DNA from: Chloropicon primus
Lineage: Eukaryota
Direction: 5' to 3'
DNA: 64,000 bases
Assembly: GCA_023205875.1 (NCBI GenBank)
Contig: CP060761.1
Coordinates: forward strand, 682,001-746,000
Shown here piece by piece: positions 24,301-30,200 of the stretch. The number at the start of each line of letters is the position of its first letter. Position 1 is the first letter of the stretch. Position numbers and translations under genes: made by a program. Below the pieces are notes generated by a model. That model worked only from the letters and a program-made list of their open reading frames with translations, searched no databases and was not told the DNA's origin.

Positions 24301-27240
24301 AATGTGACGCAAATGAAGCACAGGAGATGTTGTTCTATGGCATGTGCCATGAATAGCATGGATCAGGCCAACAGCTCCAGCAGCAGGCTCAGTGTGACCC
24401 ACGTAGGTCTTGCCCGCCTGAACACTGAGAGGCGCAGTTCCCTCCAAATCAGCACTTCTGGATTGCAAAAGCACCGCGTGGGCTGCACCAATCTCAATAG
24501 GGTCTCCGAGCGGAGTACCCGTACCATGCATGTTAAGGATAGCCACAGAGGAGCTTGCCAAAGAAGCCCTCTGCATTGCACTGGATATAACCTTTTGTTG
24601 TGCAGGGCCGTTTGGTGCAGTCAAGGCAGATGAGCGACCATCTTGGTTCACAGCAGATCCTGCAAAGCACACCACATGGCCTCCTGTCTCAGCAGACTTG
24701 CCTTCTGCGTCAAGCAACAAAACACCACAAGCTTCTCCACGCACATATCCATCGGCATCTGCATCGAGGGTCTTGCACCTGCCTTCAATGCCCAACATAC
24801 CAGCCTGCTTGAACACAGCACAAGTGTCTGGATCCATAGTTACGTTAACCCCACATGCAAGTGCCATAATGCACTCACCAAGTATTAGGCAATTATATCC
24901 AAAATGAGCTCCTACTAAAGAAGAGGAGCAGGCAGTATCTGTGCTTACTGAAGGACCTTGTAAACCGTATACATACGAAACACGACCTGCAGCAACACTC
25001 AATGCGTTACCTGTTCCTGCATAAGGACTCACATCACGTACATATGTAGTAGTGACTTGATGATAATCCATGCTCGAAATTCCAACATAAACACCCACTG
25101 GGGACGACCTTGTAGACAGTCCTGACAAAGCTTCCCAAGATCCCTCCAACAATAATCTCTGTTGAGGATCCACAAAGGTTGTTTCACTTGGAGACAAGCC
25201 CACAGATTCTGAGTCAAACATTTCAACTTGGCATATCAATGCACCGAAGTATGCCCCCATAGGACCAGCACGCCATGCAATAGATTCTGCATCTGCACGC
25301 TCATACGCTGTACTGCAATCCAAACCACACGTCTCCTCAAGGGTACGCATCTTTCCTGGAGCACGACTAGACACCGATGACACATATATCAACATGTCCT
25401 CGGAGATCTTGCCACCGGGAATGCCTTGCGCAACGGTCTGCTCTTCCATTTCATACACAGCGTCTTCAGGAGCCATTGTCTCGCTGATGAACCCTGCGAC
25501 TGCATTGATGTTTGGATAATCAAACACCAAAGTAGAAGGCAATTCCACACCGATGCTCTCTTGAACTGTATTGAAGAGCTCCACAGCTCCTAAGGAGTCC
25601 AAACCTGCATCCATCAAGGGCTCGTCCAAACCCACTTCACGGCCTACAACATCATTCACCATGATCTTCAACTGGCTCACTATTTGAGATGTGCGCTCCT
25701 GTGAAGATAGTGATGACATTGCAAAACGTTTTGCTGTGTCCTTGTCCTTGTCCTTGTCCTTTGAAACATTCTCAGATGTGCTCACTGAAACTTCACTGAA
25801 GAAAGCAGGAACAGAAGGCATCAATTTCAGGAAGCGGCCCCATGAGATTGGTGCTGCCGCTACCAAAGGCAAAGACATGCCAGCACTGACACTATCATTG
25901 GCGGATCGCAAGATACTTCCCAAAACACACAAACCTTCAACTGACGTCAAAGATTGCATGCCAACACGTTCCAGTCTCGAGGACGTAGAGGAAGACTGCA
26001 GAGCCATTCCTCCACCAGACCATGCTCCCCACTGAATGCTGGTGGCACAGCCTCCCTGAGACTCCATGGCGCTGGACCACGTGTCCAAGTAGGCATTGGC
26101 TGCACTGTAGTTGGATTGACCCGCTGAGCCTAGCAACGACGCTATGGAAGAGAACAACAGTTGAGAGGAAACACTGTGACCCCAAGAGCGCGCATGCAAA
26201 TGATGCAAGGCATCCACCTTGGGTGCAAAGACAGTGCGTACACTCTGCATGCTCTGAGATCCCAAAAGCATATCAGACAGCAAGCCTCCAGCATGCATCA
26301 CTTGAGCCAAAGGCATGTCAAGGCCTGGCCACGACAAAGCACTGCTGCACTCCTCCTGGGAGCCTGCATCACATCTAATGGCACAGAACACTGCACTGCT
26401 CGATGGATCTTGCAAACTCAACAAGGCAGACTTGGATTTGTCCATGTCAACAGGCAACCTGTAATGACCAGAACGTCCGGCAAGCCTGAGATCAGGGGTC
26501 ATGTGTTGGGCAGCCCACTGACCCATAAGGGATCCAAGGGCACCCAAACCACCTGTCACAAAAGAGCAACCAGACTCCTGCATACTCAACAGACTTGTGG
26601 TGCCAAGACCCTGGCTCACAACAACCTTGCCAACATGCTTAGCACCAGCCAGCCAACGGAGGGCAGCTTGAACGCCGTTCAGTGTATGAGAAGTACTTCT
26701 CAGCCCTGACACGGCACCCTCTGCAATACCACCAGCAAGACGGCACAGTGCTTGGTGTGTCCTGGCAGGAGGCAAGAAGTCCACCGCCAAAAGACTGTAA
26801 ACCACATCAGGACGCTCCCGGTGTACACCAGATGCACTCCAAATGTCGCGCTTACCAATCTCCACCAACTGACCACCAAGGTGCAAGCAAGATAAACTTG
26901 CTCCGACCATACCTGATGATGTCAGTGAGTTGAGAATCAAGCCCATGCCTTCCACCTGTCCATTGTAAGCCGTTTGTCCCAAATCAGCATACCTGGTCGA
27001 TCGCGAACTCACAACATGTTGTACGCCCATAGATCTCAGCAAGTGCCTCTTCAAACTGCTACCTGCTGTGGCCCACATCTCGCCACCAAGGGCATGAACC
27101 ACTTGACAAGCAGCCAGGCCTATGCCTCCCGCAGCGGCATGCACCAGTACGGCCTGACCTGCATTGCTTGGAAGAGATGCTGCATGGCACATGGCAACAT
27201 CTACGGTCATGAACACAGTGACCATGGTGCATGCCTCCAC
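1..27240 (-). CDS. PKS segment downstream of the second frameshift (~9,080 codons), missed by the ORF track because it runs off the window edge
   Basis: Near-identical to modules M6/M7 of the 11,247-aa ORF. Repeat periods (5001, 5001, 4998, 4998, 5004) are multiples of 3. Hand-translated segments (e.g. 480-810, 24780-25100) are open and give ACP and KS motifs. An in-frame stop would have produced a long called ORF, and none is listed. Confidence 0.92.
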   Translation of the reverse strand, partial: MEACTMVTVFMTVDVAMCHAASLPSNAGQAVLVHAAAGGIGLAACQVVHALGGEMWATAGSSLKRHLLRSMGVQHVVSSRSTRYADLGQTAYNGQVEGMGLILNSLTSSGMVGASLSCLHLGGQLVEIGKRDIWSASGVHRERPDVVYSLLAVDFLPPARTHQALCRLAGGIAEGAVSGLRSTSHTLNGVQAALRWLAGAKHVGKVVVSQGLGTTSLLSMQESGCSFVTGGLGALGSLMGQWAAQHMTPDLRLAGRSGHYRLPVDMDKSKSALLSLQDPSSSAVFCAIRCDAGSQEECSSALSWPGLDMPLAQVMHAGGLLSDMLLGSQSMQSVRTVFAPKVDALHHLHARSWGHSVSSQLLFSSIASLLGSAGQSNYSAANAYLDTWSSAMESQGGCATSIQWGAWSGGGMALQSSSTSSRLERVGMQSLTSVEGLCVLGSILRSANDSVSAGMSLPLVAAAPISWGRFLKLMPSVPAFFSEVSVSTSENVSKDKDKDKDTAKRFAMSSLSSQERTSQIVSQLKIMVNDVVGREVGLDEPLMDAGLDSLGAVELFNTVQESIGVELPSTLVFDYPNINAVAGFISETMAPEDAVYEMEEQTVAQGIPGGKISEDMLIYVSSVSSRAPGKMRTLEETCGLDCSTAYERADAESIAWRAGPMGAYFGALICQVEMFDSESVGLSPSETTFVDPQQRLLLEGSWEALSGLSTRSSPVGVYVGISSMDYHQVTTTYVRDVSPYAGTGNALSVAAGRVSYVYGLQGPSVSTDTACSSSLVGAHFGYNCLILGECIMALACGVNVTMDPDTCAVFKQAGMLGIEGRCKTLDADADGYVRGEACGVLLLDAEGKSAETGGHVVCFAGSAVNQDGRSSALTAPNGPAQQKVISSAMQRASLASSSVAILNMHGTGTPLGDPIEIGAAHAVLLQSRSADLEGTAPLSVQAGKTYVGHTEPAAGAVGLIHAIHGTCHRTTSPVLHLRHINPILTRILGGSQSAQGARMGHLCREQNGLTWSESTHASGVSAFAFQGTNAHALVQHTMMNVGVLSSWVGQHWQNQRFWVGPVSHPLVLAAVPVLHDDIHVCTYSQLMRPSLQWIWDHRVMGRVLFPGAGFMETACALVAVAHQGSLPGAAVQASIAAPLMLPVSPTDDSTSAPLYLESKIWCLTGKLQIGSSSSMSGPSGGSVHMRSLASRLVSEIVSADAVTDTNVSIDCTRSLCQGPLDWSQVRQGLALAGLQYGPQFSGAWNVRVKTGRAAQGCMKSIPEHLPGDHDESGMMVHPAALDGCLQLAAVMHVGSDSAESSGMSGGAYVPAGFGAFSVPQKTHDLHMYALAESVAPPSGSQSVITNHVLQRKSGAPVAVLSELEARQMGARPVGRAQAVTEKKDLLYEVSWQCDSVVLPSPSSLQGHDLSRFTILLEQDQSEIAFEVHPGLGVNASMLVTQAVMALLQQLPESVTGASKLVALVLGCLPAAWSSSSSSLSNWSFGSMLGLMRTLAQERPRQAMHDVDLDMYAPSDVSAQSLTTSLHDLEAAIRQNTWLQSRLLHGRVSSSLSYSQLVPSPRGSLSSLAAHKLDSDAGGEGMVFLQVMAVGLNFRDVLNVLGAYPGDPGPPGSDMSGIVSDVWDTRHLHDAPDALQVGIRVAGLAPGCLGSHAYTHHQLVVPIPKAATFVEACTMVTVFMTVDVAMCHAASLPSNAGQAVLVHAAAGGIGLAACQVVHALGGEMWATAGSSLKRHLLRSMGVQHVVSSRSTRYADLGQTAYNGQVEGMGLILNSLTSSGMVGASLSCLHLGGQLVEIGKRDIWSASGVHRERPDVVYSLLAVDFLPPARTHQALCRLAGGIAEGAVSGLRSTSHTLNGIQAALRWLAGAKHVGKVVVSQGLGTTSLLSMQESGCSFVTGGLGALGSLMGQWAAQHMTPDLRLAGRSGHYRLPVDMDKSKSALLSLQDPSSSAVFCAIRCDAGSQEECSSALSWPGLDMPLAQVMHAGGLLSDMLLGSQSMQSVRTVFAPKVDALHHLHARSWGHSVSSQLLFSSIASLLGSAGQSNYSAANAYLDTWSSAMESQGGCATSIQWGAWSGGGMALQSSSTSSRLERVGMQSLTSVEGLCVLGSILRSANDSVSAGMSLPLVAAAPISWGRFLKLMPSVPAFFSEVSVSTSENVSKDKDKDTAKRFAMSSLSSQERTSQIVSQLKIMVNDVVGREVGLDEPLMDAGLDSLGAVELFNTVQQSMGVELPSTLVFDYPNINAVAGFISETMAPEDAVYEMEEQTVAQGIPGGKISEDMLIYVSSVSSRAPGKMRTLEETCGLDCSTAYERADAESIAWRAGPMGAYFGALICQVEMFDSESVGLSPSETTFVDPQQRLLLEGSWEALSGLSTRSSPVGVYVGISSMDYSKVTSQYLTDVSPYAGTGNALSVAAGRVSYVYGLQGPAISTDTACSSSLVGSHIACDSLLLGECIMALACGVNLTLAPDTGVVFKQAGMLGIEGRCKTLDADADGYVRGEACGVLLLDAEGKSAETGGHVVCFAGSAVNQDGRSSALTAPNGPAQQKVISSAMQRASLASSSVAILNMHGTGTPLGDPIEIGAAHAVLLQSRSADLEGTAPLSVQAGKTYVGHTEPAAGAVGLIHAIHGTCHRTTSPVLHLRHINPHLTRILGGSQSAQGARMGHLCREQNGLTWSESTHASGVSAFAFQGTNAHALVRHTMMNVGVLSSWVGQHWQNQRFWVGPVSHPLVLAAVPVLHDDIHVCTYSQLMRPSLQWIWDHRVMGRVLFPGAGFMETACALVAVAHQGSLPGAAVQASIAAPLMLPASPTDDSTSAPLYLESKIWCLTGKLQIGSSSSMSGPSGGSVHMRSLASRLVSEIVSADAVTDTNVSIDCTRSLCQGPLDWSQVRQGLALAGLQYGPQFSGAWNVRVKTGRAAQGCMKSIPEHLPGDHDESGMMVHPAALDGCLQLAAVMHVGSDSAESSGMSGGAYVPAGFGAFSVPQKTHDLHMYALAESVAPPSGSQSVITNHVLQRKSGAPVAVLSELEARQMGARPVGRAQAVTEKKDLLYEVSWQCDSVVLPSPSSLQGHDLSRFTILLEQDQSEIAFEVHPGLGVNASMLVTQAVMALLQQLPESVTGASKLVALVLGCLPAAWSSSSSSLSNWSFGSMLGLMRTLAQERPRQAMHDVDLDMYAPSDVSAQSLTTSLHDLEAAIRQNTWLQSRLLHGRVSSSLSYSQLVPSPRGSLSSLAAHKLDSDAGGEGMVFLQVMAVGLNFRDVLNVLGAYPGDPGPPGSDMSGIVSDVWDTRHLHDAPDALQVGIRVAGLAPGCLGSHAYTLHQLVVPIPKAASFVEACTMVTVFMTVDVAMCHAASLPSNAGQAVLVHAAAGGIGLAACQVVHALGGEMWATAGSSLKRHLLRSMGVQHVVSSRSTRYADLGQTAYNGQVEGMGLILNSLTSSGMVGASLSCLHLGGQLVEIGKRDIWSASGVHRERPDVVYSLLAVDFLPPARTHQALCRLAGGIAEGAVSGLRSTSHTLNGIQAALRWLAGAKHVGKVVVSQGLGTTSLLSMQESGCSFVTGGLGALGSLMGQWAAQHMTPDLRLAGRSGHYRLPVDMDKSKSALLSLQDPSSSAVFCAIRCDAGSQEECSSALSWPGLDMPLAQVMHAGGLLSDMLLGSQSMQSVRTVFAPKVDALHHLHARSWGHSVSSQLLFSSIASLLGSAGQSNYSAANAYLDTWSSAMESQGGCATSIQWGAWSGGGMALQSSSTSSRLERVGMQSLTSVEGLCVLGSILRSANDSVSAGMSLPLVAAAPISWGRFLKLMPSVPAFFSEVSVSTSENVSKDKDKDTAKRFAMSSLSSQERTSQIVSQLKIMVNDVVGREVGLDEPLMDAGLDSLGAVELFNTVQQSMGVELPSTLVFDYPNINAVAGFISETMAPEDAVYEMEEQTVAQGIPGGKISEDMLIYVSSVSSRAPGKMRTLEETCGLDCSAVYERADAESIAWRAGPMGAYFGALICQVEMFDSESVGLSPSETTFVDPQQRLLLEGSWEALSGLSTRSSPVGVYVGISSMDYSKVTSQYLTDVSPYAGTGNALSVAAGRVSYVYGLQGPAISTDTACSSSLVGSHVACDSLLLGECIMALACGVNLTLAPDTGVVFKQAGMLAIDGRCKTLDADADGYVRGEACGVLLLDAEGKSAETGGHVVCFAGSAVNQDGRSSALTAPNGPAQQKVISSAMQRASLASSSVAILNMHGTGTPLGDPIEIGAAHAVLLQSRSADLEGTAPLSVQAGKTYVGHTEPAAGAVGLIHAIHGTCHRTTSPVLHLRHINPHLTRILGGSQSAQGARMGHLCREQNGLTWSESTHASGVSAFAFQGTNAHALVRHTMMNVGVLSSWVGQHWQNQRFWVGPVSHPLVLAAVPVLHDDIHVCTYSQLMRPSLQWIWDHRVMGRVLFPGAGFMETACALVAVAHQGSLPGAAVQASIAAPLMLPASPTDDSTSAPLYLESKIWCLTGKLQIGSSSSMSGPSGGSVHMRSLASRLVSEIVSADAVADTNVSIDCTRSLCQGPLDWSQVRQGLALAGLQYGPQFSGAWNVRVKTGRAAQGCMKSIPEHLPGDHDESGMMVHPAALDGCLQLAAVMHVGSDSAESSGMSGGAYVPAGFGAFSVPQKTHDLHMYALAESVAPPSGSQSVITNHVLQRKSGAPVAVLSELEARQMGARPVGRAQAVTEKKDLLYEVSWQCDSVVSPSPSSLQGHDLSRFTILLEQDQSEIAFEVHPGLGVNASMLVTQAVMALLQQLPESVTGASKLVALVLGCLPAAWSSSSSSLSNWSFGSMLGLMRTLAQERPRQAMHDVDLDMYAPSDVSAQSLTTSLHDLEAAIRQNTWLQSRLLHGRVSSSLSYSQLVPSPRGSLSSLAAHKLDSDAGGEGMVFLQVMAVGLNFRDVLNVLGAYPGDPGPPGSDMSGIVSDVWDTRHLHDAPDALQVGIRVAGLAPGCLGSHAYTLHQLVVPIPKAASFVEACTMVTVFMTVDVAMCHAASLPSNAGQAVLVHAAAGGIGLAACQVVHALGGEMWATAGSSLKRHLLRSMGVQHVVSSRSTRYADLGQTAYNGQVEGMGLILNSLTSSGMVGASLSCLHLGGQLVEIGKRDIWSPSGVHRERPDVVYSLLAVDFLPPARTHQALCRLAGGISEGAVSGLRSTSHTLNGIQAALRWLAGAKHVGKVVVSQGLGTTSLLSMQESGCSFVTGGLGALGSLMGQWAAQHMTPDLRLAGRSGHYRLPVDMDKSKSALLSLQDPSSSAVFCAIRCDAGSQEECSSALSWPGLDMPLAQVMHAGGLLSDMLLGSQSMQSVRTVFAPKVDALHHLHARSWGHSVSSQLLFSSIASLLGSAGQSNYSAANAYLDTWSSAMESQGGCATSIQWGAWSGGGMALQSSSTSSRLERVGMQSLTSVEGLCVLGSILRSANDSVSAGMSLPLVAAAPISWGRFLKLMPSVPAFFSEVERDALEADGSKSVSGQTGFAAQLAKLSENERTSQIETYLTGVVGDVLGREVGGDEPLLDAGLDSLGAVELHNTVQQSMGVELPTTLVFDYPNINAVAGFISETLAPEDAVYEMEEQTVAQGIPGGKISEDMLIYVSSVSSRAPGKMRTLEETCGLDCSTAYERADAESIAWRAGPMGAYFGALICQVEMFDSECLRMSQGEAMLMDPQQRLLLQSAWEALTPMPTRSSLVGVFVGISSMDYSKVMSHYLTDVSPYAGTGNALSVAAGRVSYAYGLQGPAISTDTACSSSLVGSHVACDSLLLGECIMALACGVNLTLAPDTGVVFKQAGMLAIDGRCKTLDADADGYVRGEACGVLLLDAEGKSAETGGHVVCFAGSAVNQDGRSSALTAPNGPAQQKVISSAMQRASLASSSVAILNMHGTGTPLGDPIEIGAAHAVLLQSRSADLEGTAPLSVQAGKTYVGHTEPAAGAVGLIHAIHGTCHRTTSPVLHLRHINPHLTRILGGSQSAQGARMGHLCREQNGLTWSESTHASGVSAFAFQGTNAHALVRHTMMNVGVLSSWVGQHWQNQRFWVGPVSHPLVLAAVPVLHDDIHVCTYSQLMRPSLQWIWDHRVMGRVLFPGAGFMETACALVAVAHQGSLPGAAVQASIAAPLMLPASPTDDSTSAPLYLESKIWCLTGELQIGSSSSMSGPSGGSVHMRSLASRLVSEIVSADAVTDTNVSIDCTRSLCQGPLDWSQVRQGLALAGLQYGPQFSGAWNVRVKTGRAAQGCMKSIPEHLPGDHDESGMMVHPAALDGCLQLAAVMHVGSDSAESSGMSGGAYVPAGFGAFSVPQKTHDLHMYALAESVAPPSGSQSVITNHVLQRKSGAPVAVLSELEARQMGARPVGRAQAVTEKKDLLYEVSWQCDSVVLPSSSSLQGHDLSRFTILLEQDQSEIAFEVHPGLGVNASMLVTQAVMALLQQLPESVTGASKLVALVLGCLPAAWSSSSSSLSNWSFGSMLGLMRTLAQERPRQAMHDVDLDMYAPSDVSAQSLTTSLHDLEAAIRQNTWLQSRLLHGRVSSSLSYSQLVPSPRGSLSSLAAHKLDSDAGGEGMVFLQVMAVGLNFRDVLNVLGAYPGDPGPPGSDMSGIVSDVWDTRHLHDAPDALQVGIRVAGLAPGCLGSHAYTLHQLVVPIPKAASFVEACTMVTVFMTVDVAMCHAASLPSNAGQAVLVHAAAGGIGLAACQVVHALGGEMWATAGSSLKRHLLRSMGVQHVVSSRSTRYADLGQTAYNGQVEGMGLILNSLTSSGMVGASLSCLHLGGQLVEIGKRDIWSPSGVHRERPDVVYSLLAVDFLPPARTHQALCRLAGGIAEGAVSGLRSTSHTLNGVQAALRWLAGAKHVGKVVVSQGLGTTSLLSMQESGCSFVTGGLGALGSLMGQWAAQHMTPDLRLAGRSGHYRLPVDMDKSKSALLSLQDPSSSAVFCAIRCDAGSQEECSSALSWPGLDMPLAQVMHAGGLLSDMLLGSQSMQSVRTVFAPKVDALHHLHARSWGHSVSSQLLFSSIASLLGSAGQSNYSAANAYLDTWSSAMESQGGCATSIQWGAWSGGGMALQSSSTSSRLERVGMQSLTSVEGLCVLGSILRSANDSVSVGMSLPLVAAAPISWGRFLKLMPSVPAFFSEVERDALEADGSKSVSGQTGFAAQLAKLSENERTSQIETYLTGVVGDVLGREVGGDEPLLDAGLDSLGAVELHNTVQQSMGVELPTTLVFDYPNINAVAGFISETLAPEDAVYEMEEQTVAQGIPGGKISEDMLIYVSSVSSRAPGKMRTLEETCGLDCSTAYERADAESIAWRAGPMGAYFGALICQVEMFDSECLRMSQGEAMLMDPQQRLLLQSAWEALTPMPTRSSLVGVFVGISSMDYSKVMSHYLTDVSPYAGTGNALSVAAGRVSYAYGLQGPAISTDTACSSSLVGSHVACDSLLLGECIMALACGVNLTLAPDTGVVFKQAGMLAIDGRCKTLDADADGYVRGEACGVLLLDAEGKSAETGGHVVCFAGSAVNQDGRSSALTAPNGPAQQKVISSAMQRASLASSSVAILNMHGTGTPLGDPIEIGAAHAVLLQSRSADLEGTAPLSVQAGKTYVGHTEPAAGAVGLIHAIHGTCHRTTSPVLHLRHINPHLTRILGGSQSAQGARMGHLCREQNGLTWSESTHASGVSAFAFQGTNAHALVRHTMMNVGVLSSWVGQHWQNQRFWVGPVSHPLVLAAVPVLHDDIHVCTYSQLMRPSLQWIWDHRVMGRVLFPGAGFMETACALVAVAHQGSLPGAAVQASIAAPLMLPASPTDDSTSAPLYLESKIWCLTGELQIGSSSSMSGPSGGSVHMRSLASRLVSEIVSADAVTDTNVSIDCTRSLCQGPLDWSQVRQGLALAGLQYGPQFSGAWNVRVKTGRAAQGCMKSIPEHLPGDHDESGMMVHPAALDGCLQLAAVMHVGSDSAESSGMSGGAYVPAGFGAFSVPQKTHDLHMYALAESVAPPSGSQSVITNHVLQRKSGAPVAVLSELEARQMGARPVGRAQAVTEKKDLLYEVSWQCDSVVLPSSSSLQGHDLSRFTILLEQDQSEIAFEVHPGLGVNASMLVTQAVMALLQQLPESVTGASKLVALVLGCLPAAWSSSSSSLSNWSFGSMLGLMRTLAQERPRQAMHDVDLDMYAPSDVSAQSLTTSLHDLEAAIRQNTWLQSRLLHGRVSSSLSYSQLVPSPRGSLSSLAAHKLDSDAGGEGMVFLQVMAVGLNFRDVLNVLGAYPGDPGPPGSDMSGIVSDVWDTRHLHDAPDALQVGIRVAGLAPGCLGSHAYTLHQLVVPIPKAASFVEACTMVTVFMTVDVAMCHAASLPSNAGQAVLVHAAAGGIGLAACQVVHALGGEMWATAGSSLKRHLLRSMGVQHVVSSRSTRYADLGQTAYNGQVEGMGLILNSLTSSGMVGASLSCLHLGGQLVEIGKRDIWSPSGVHRERPDVVYSLLAVDFLPPARTHQALCRLAGGIAEGAVSGLRSTSHTLNGVQAALRWLAGAKHVGKVVVSQGLGTTSLLSMQESGCSFVTGGLGALGSLMGQWAAQHMTPDLRLAGRSGHYRLPVDMDKSKSALLSLQDPSSSAVFCAIRCDAGSQEECSSALSWPGLDMPLAQVMHAGGLLSDMLLGSQSMQSVRTVFAPKVDALHHLHARSWGHSVSSQLLFSSIASLLGSAGQSNYSAANAYLDTWSSAMESQGGCATSIQWGAWSGGGMALQSSSTSSRLERVGMQSLTSVEGLCVLGSILRSANDSVSAGMSLPLVAAAPISWGRFLKLMPSVPAFFSEVERDALETDGSKSVSGQTGFAAQLAKLSENERTSQIETYLTGVVGDVLGREVGGDEPLLDAGLDSLGAVELHNTVQQSMGVELPTTLVFDYPNINAVAGFISETLAPEDAVYEMEEQTVAQGIPGGKISEDMLIYVSSVSSRAPGKMRTLEETCGLDCSAVYERADAESIAWRAGPMGAYFGALICQVEMFDSECLRMSQGEAMLMDPQQRLLLQSAWEALTPMPTRSSLVGVFVGISSMDYSKVMSHYLTDVSPYAGTGNAL

Positions 27241-30200
27241 CAAAAGTAGCGGCCTTGGGAATAGGCACAACAAGCTGATGATGCGCGTATGCGTGTGATC
27301 CCAGACAACCAGGTGCCAAACCTGCCACCCGGATGCCAACCTGCAATGCATCTGGAGCATCATGCAGATGACGGGTGTCCCACACATCACTCACGATACC
27401 AGACATGTCACTTCCTGGAGGACCAGGATCTCCTGGATAAGCTCCAAGAACATTCAAGACGTCCCTGAAATTTAGACCAACAGCCATTACCTGAAGGAAT
27501 ACCATGCCCTCCCCTCCCGCGTCAGAATCCAGCTTGTGTGCAGCCAAACTACTCAAAGAGCCCCTTGGGCTGGGTACAAGCTGAGAATAAGACAAAGAGG
27601 AAGACACTCTACCATGCAGCAAACGAGACTGGAGCCAAGTGTTTTGCCTGATAGCCGCTTCCAGGTCGTGCAATGACGTTGTCAGGCTCTGTGCAGACAC
27701 ATCACTTGGAGCATACATATCAAGATCCACATCATGCATTGCTTGACGTGGGCGCTCCTGAGCCAATGTACGCATCAAACCCAGCATACTTCCGAATGAC
27801 CAGTTGCTGAGGGACGAGGAGCTGCTTGACCAAGCCGCAGGCAAGCATCCCAAAACAAGAGCAACAAGCTTGCTTGCGCCTGTTACACTTTCAGGAAGCT
27901 GTTGCAGTAAAGCCATTACTGCTTGAGTCACCAGCATACTGGCATTCACGCCAAGTCCAGGATGTACTTCAAAAGCAATCTCACTCTGGTCCTGCTCCAA
28001 CAAAATGGTGAAGCGAGAAAGATCATGTCCTTGCAACGAAGAAGGAGATGGCAAAACAACACTATCACATTGCCAAGAAACCTCGTACAGGAGGTCCTTC
28101 TTTTCTGTGACAGCCTGGGCCCTACCCACTGGACGGGCACCCATCTGCCTTGCCTCCAACTCACTCAGAACGGCAACAGGGGCACCGCTCTTCCTCTGGA
28201 GCACGTGATTTGTGATCACAGACTGTGAACCAGAAGGTGGTGCCACGGACTCTGCCAAAGCATACATATGCAAGTCATGCGTCTTCTGTGGCACACTGAA
28301 AGCTCCAAAGCCGGCAGGCACATAAGCTCCTCCAGACATACCGGATGACTCCGCAGAGTCACTTCCAACGTGCATCACGGCAGCCAGCTGCAAGCAGCCA
28401 TCTAAGGCAGCAGGGTGAACCATCATACCTGACTCATCGTGATCACCTGGAAGGTGCTCAGGGATACTCTTCATGCATCCTTGAGCAGCCCTACCTGTCT
28501 TCACACGCACATTCCATGCACCACTGAACTGGGGACCGTACTGAAGGCCTGCCAAAGCCAAACCTTGGCGCACTTGTGACCAATCCAGTGGTCCTTGGCA
28601 GAGACTGCGGGTACAATCTATAGAAACGTTTGTGTCCGTAACAGCATCTGCGCTGACGATCTCACTGACAAGCCGAGAAGCTAGAGAACGCATGTGTACG
28701 CTGCCTCCGCTCGGGCCTGACATGCTGGATGAAGAGCCTATCTGAAGCTTGCCCGTCAAACACCAAATCTTGCTTTCCAAGTACAGAGAAGCACTTGTTG
28801 AGTCATCTGTTGGCGAGGCTGGCAGCATCAGAGGTGCAGCGATGGATGCCTGCACTGCAGCTCCAGGCAACGACCCTTGATGAGCCACCGCAACCAACGC
28901 ACAGGCTGTCTCCATGAAGCCAGCTCCAGGGAAGAGCACACGGCCCATCACCCTGTGATCCCAAATCCATTGCAGACTTGGACGCATCAGTTGGCTGTAT
29001 GTGCACACATGAATGTCGTCGTGCAGAACGGGAACAGCGGCCAGAACCAAAGGATGGGAAACAGGTCCCACCCAGAAGCGCTGATTCTGCCAGTGCTGGC
29101 CCACCCAACTTGAGAGCACTCCTACATTCATCATGGTGTGTTGGACCAAAGCATGAGCATTGGTTCCTTGGAACGCAAATGCACTCACACCAGAGGCATG
29201 TGTAGACTCACTCCAAGTCAAACCATTTTGCTCACGGCACAAATGACCCATGCGAGCTCCTTGCGCAGATTGAGATCCTCCCAAAATACGCGTCAGATGA
29301 GGGTTAATGTGACGCAAATGAAGCACAGGAGATGTTGTTCTATGGCATGTGCCATGAATAGCATGGATCAGGCCAACAGCTCCAGCAGCAGGCTCAGTGT
29401 GACCCACGTAGGTCTTGCCCGCCTGAACACTGAGAGGCGCAGTTCCCTCCAAATCAGCACTTCTGGATTGCAAAAGCACCGCGTGGGCTGCACCAATCTC
29501 AATAGGGTCTCCGAGCGGAGTACCCGTACCATGCATGTTAAGGATAGCCACAGAGGAGCTTGCCAAAGAAGCCCTCTGCATTGCACTGGATATAACCTTT
29601 TGTTGTGCAGGGCCGTTTGGTGCAGTCAAGGCAGATGAGCGACCATCTTGGTTCACAGCAGATCCTGCAAAGCACACCACATGGCCTCCTGTCTCAGCAG
29701 ACTTGCCTTCTGCGTCAAGCAACAAAACACCACAAGCTTCTCCACGCACATATCCATCTGCATCTGCATCGAGGGTCTTGCACCTGCCTTCAATGCCCAA
29801 CATACCAGCCTGCTTGAACACAGCACCAGTATCAGGAGCCAAGGTCAGATTCACACCACATGCAAGTGCCATAATGCACTCACCAAGCAACAGATTGTCA
29901 CATGCCACATGAGATCCTACTAAAGAAGAGGAGCAGGCAGTATCTGTGCTGATTGCAGGACCTTGTAAACCATATACATACGAAACACGACCTGCAGCAA
30001 CACTCAATGCGTTACCTGTTCCTGCATAAGGACTCACATCAGTCAGGTATTGCGATGTAACCTTACTGTAGTCCATTGTTGATATTCCAACATAAACACC
30101 CACTGGGGACGACCTTGTAGACAGTCCTGACAAAGCTTCCCAAGATCCCTCCAACAATAATCTCTGTTGAGGATCCACAAAGGTTGTTTCACTTGGAGAC

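Noticed and set aside
27059..27240. His/Cys-rich C-terminus GGGMHHGHCVH... as a real terminal domain
   Set aside because: It is off-frame ER sequence after the 27241 insertion; the same text appears as shadow ORFs in other copies.
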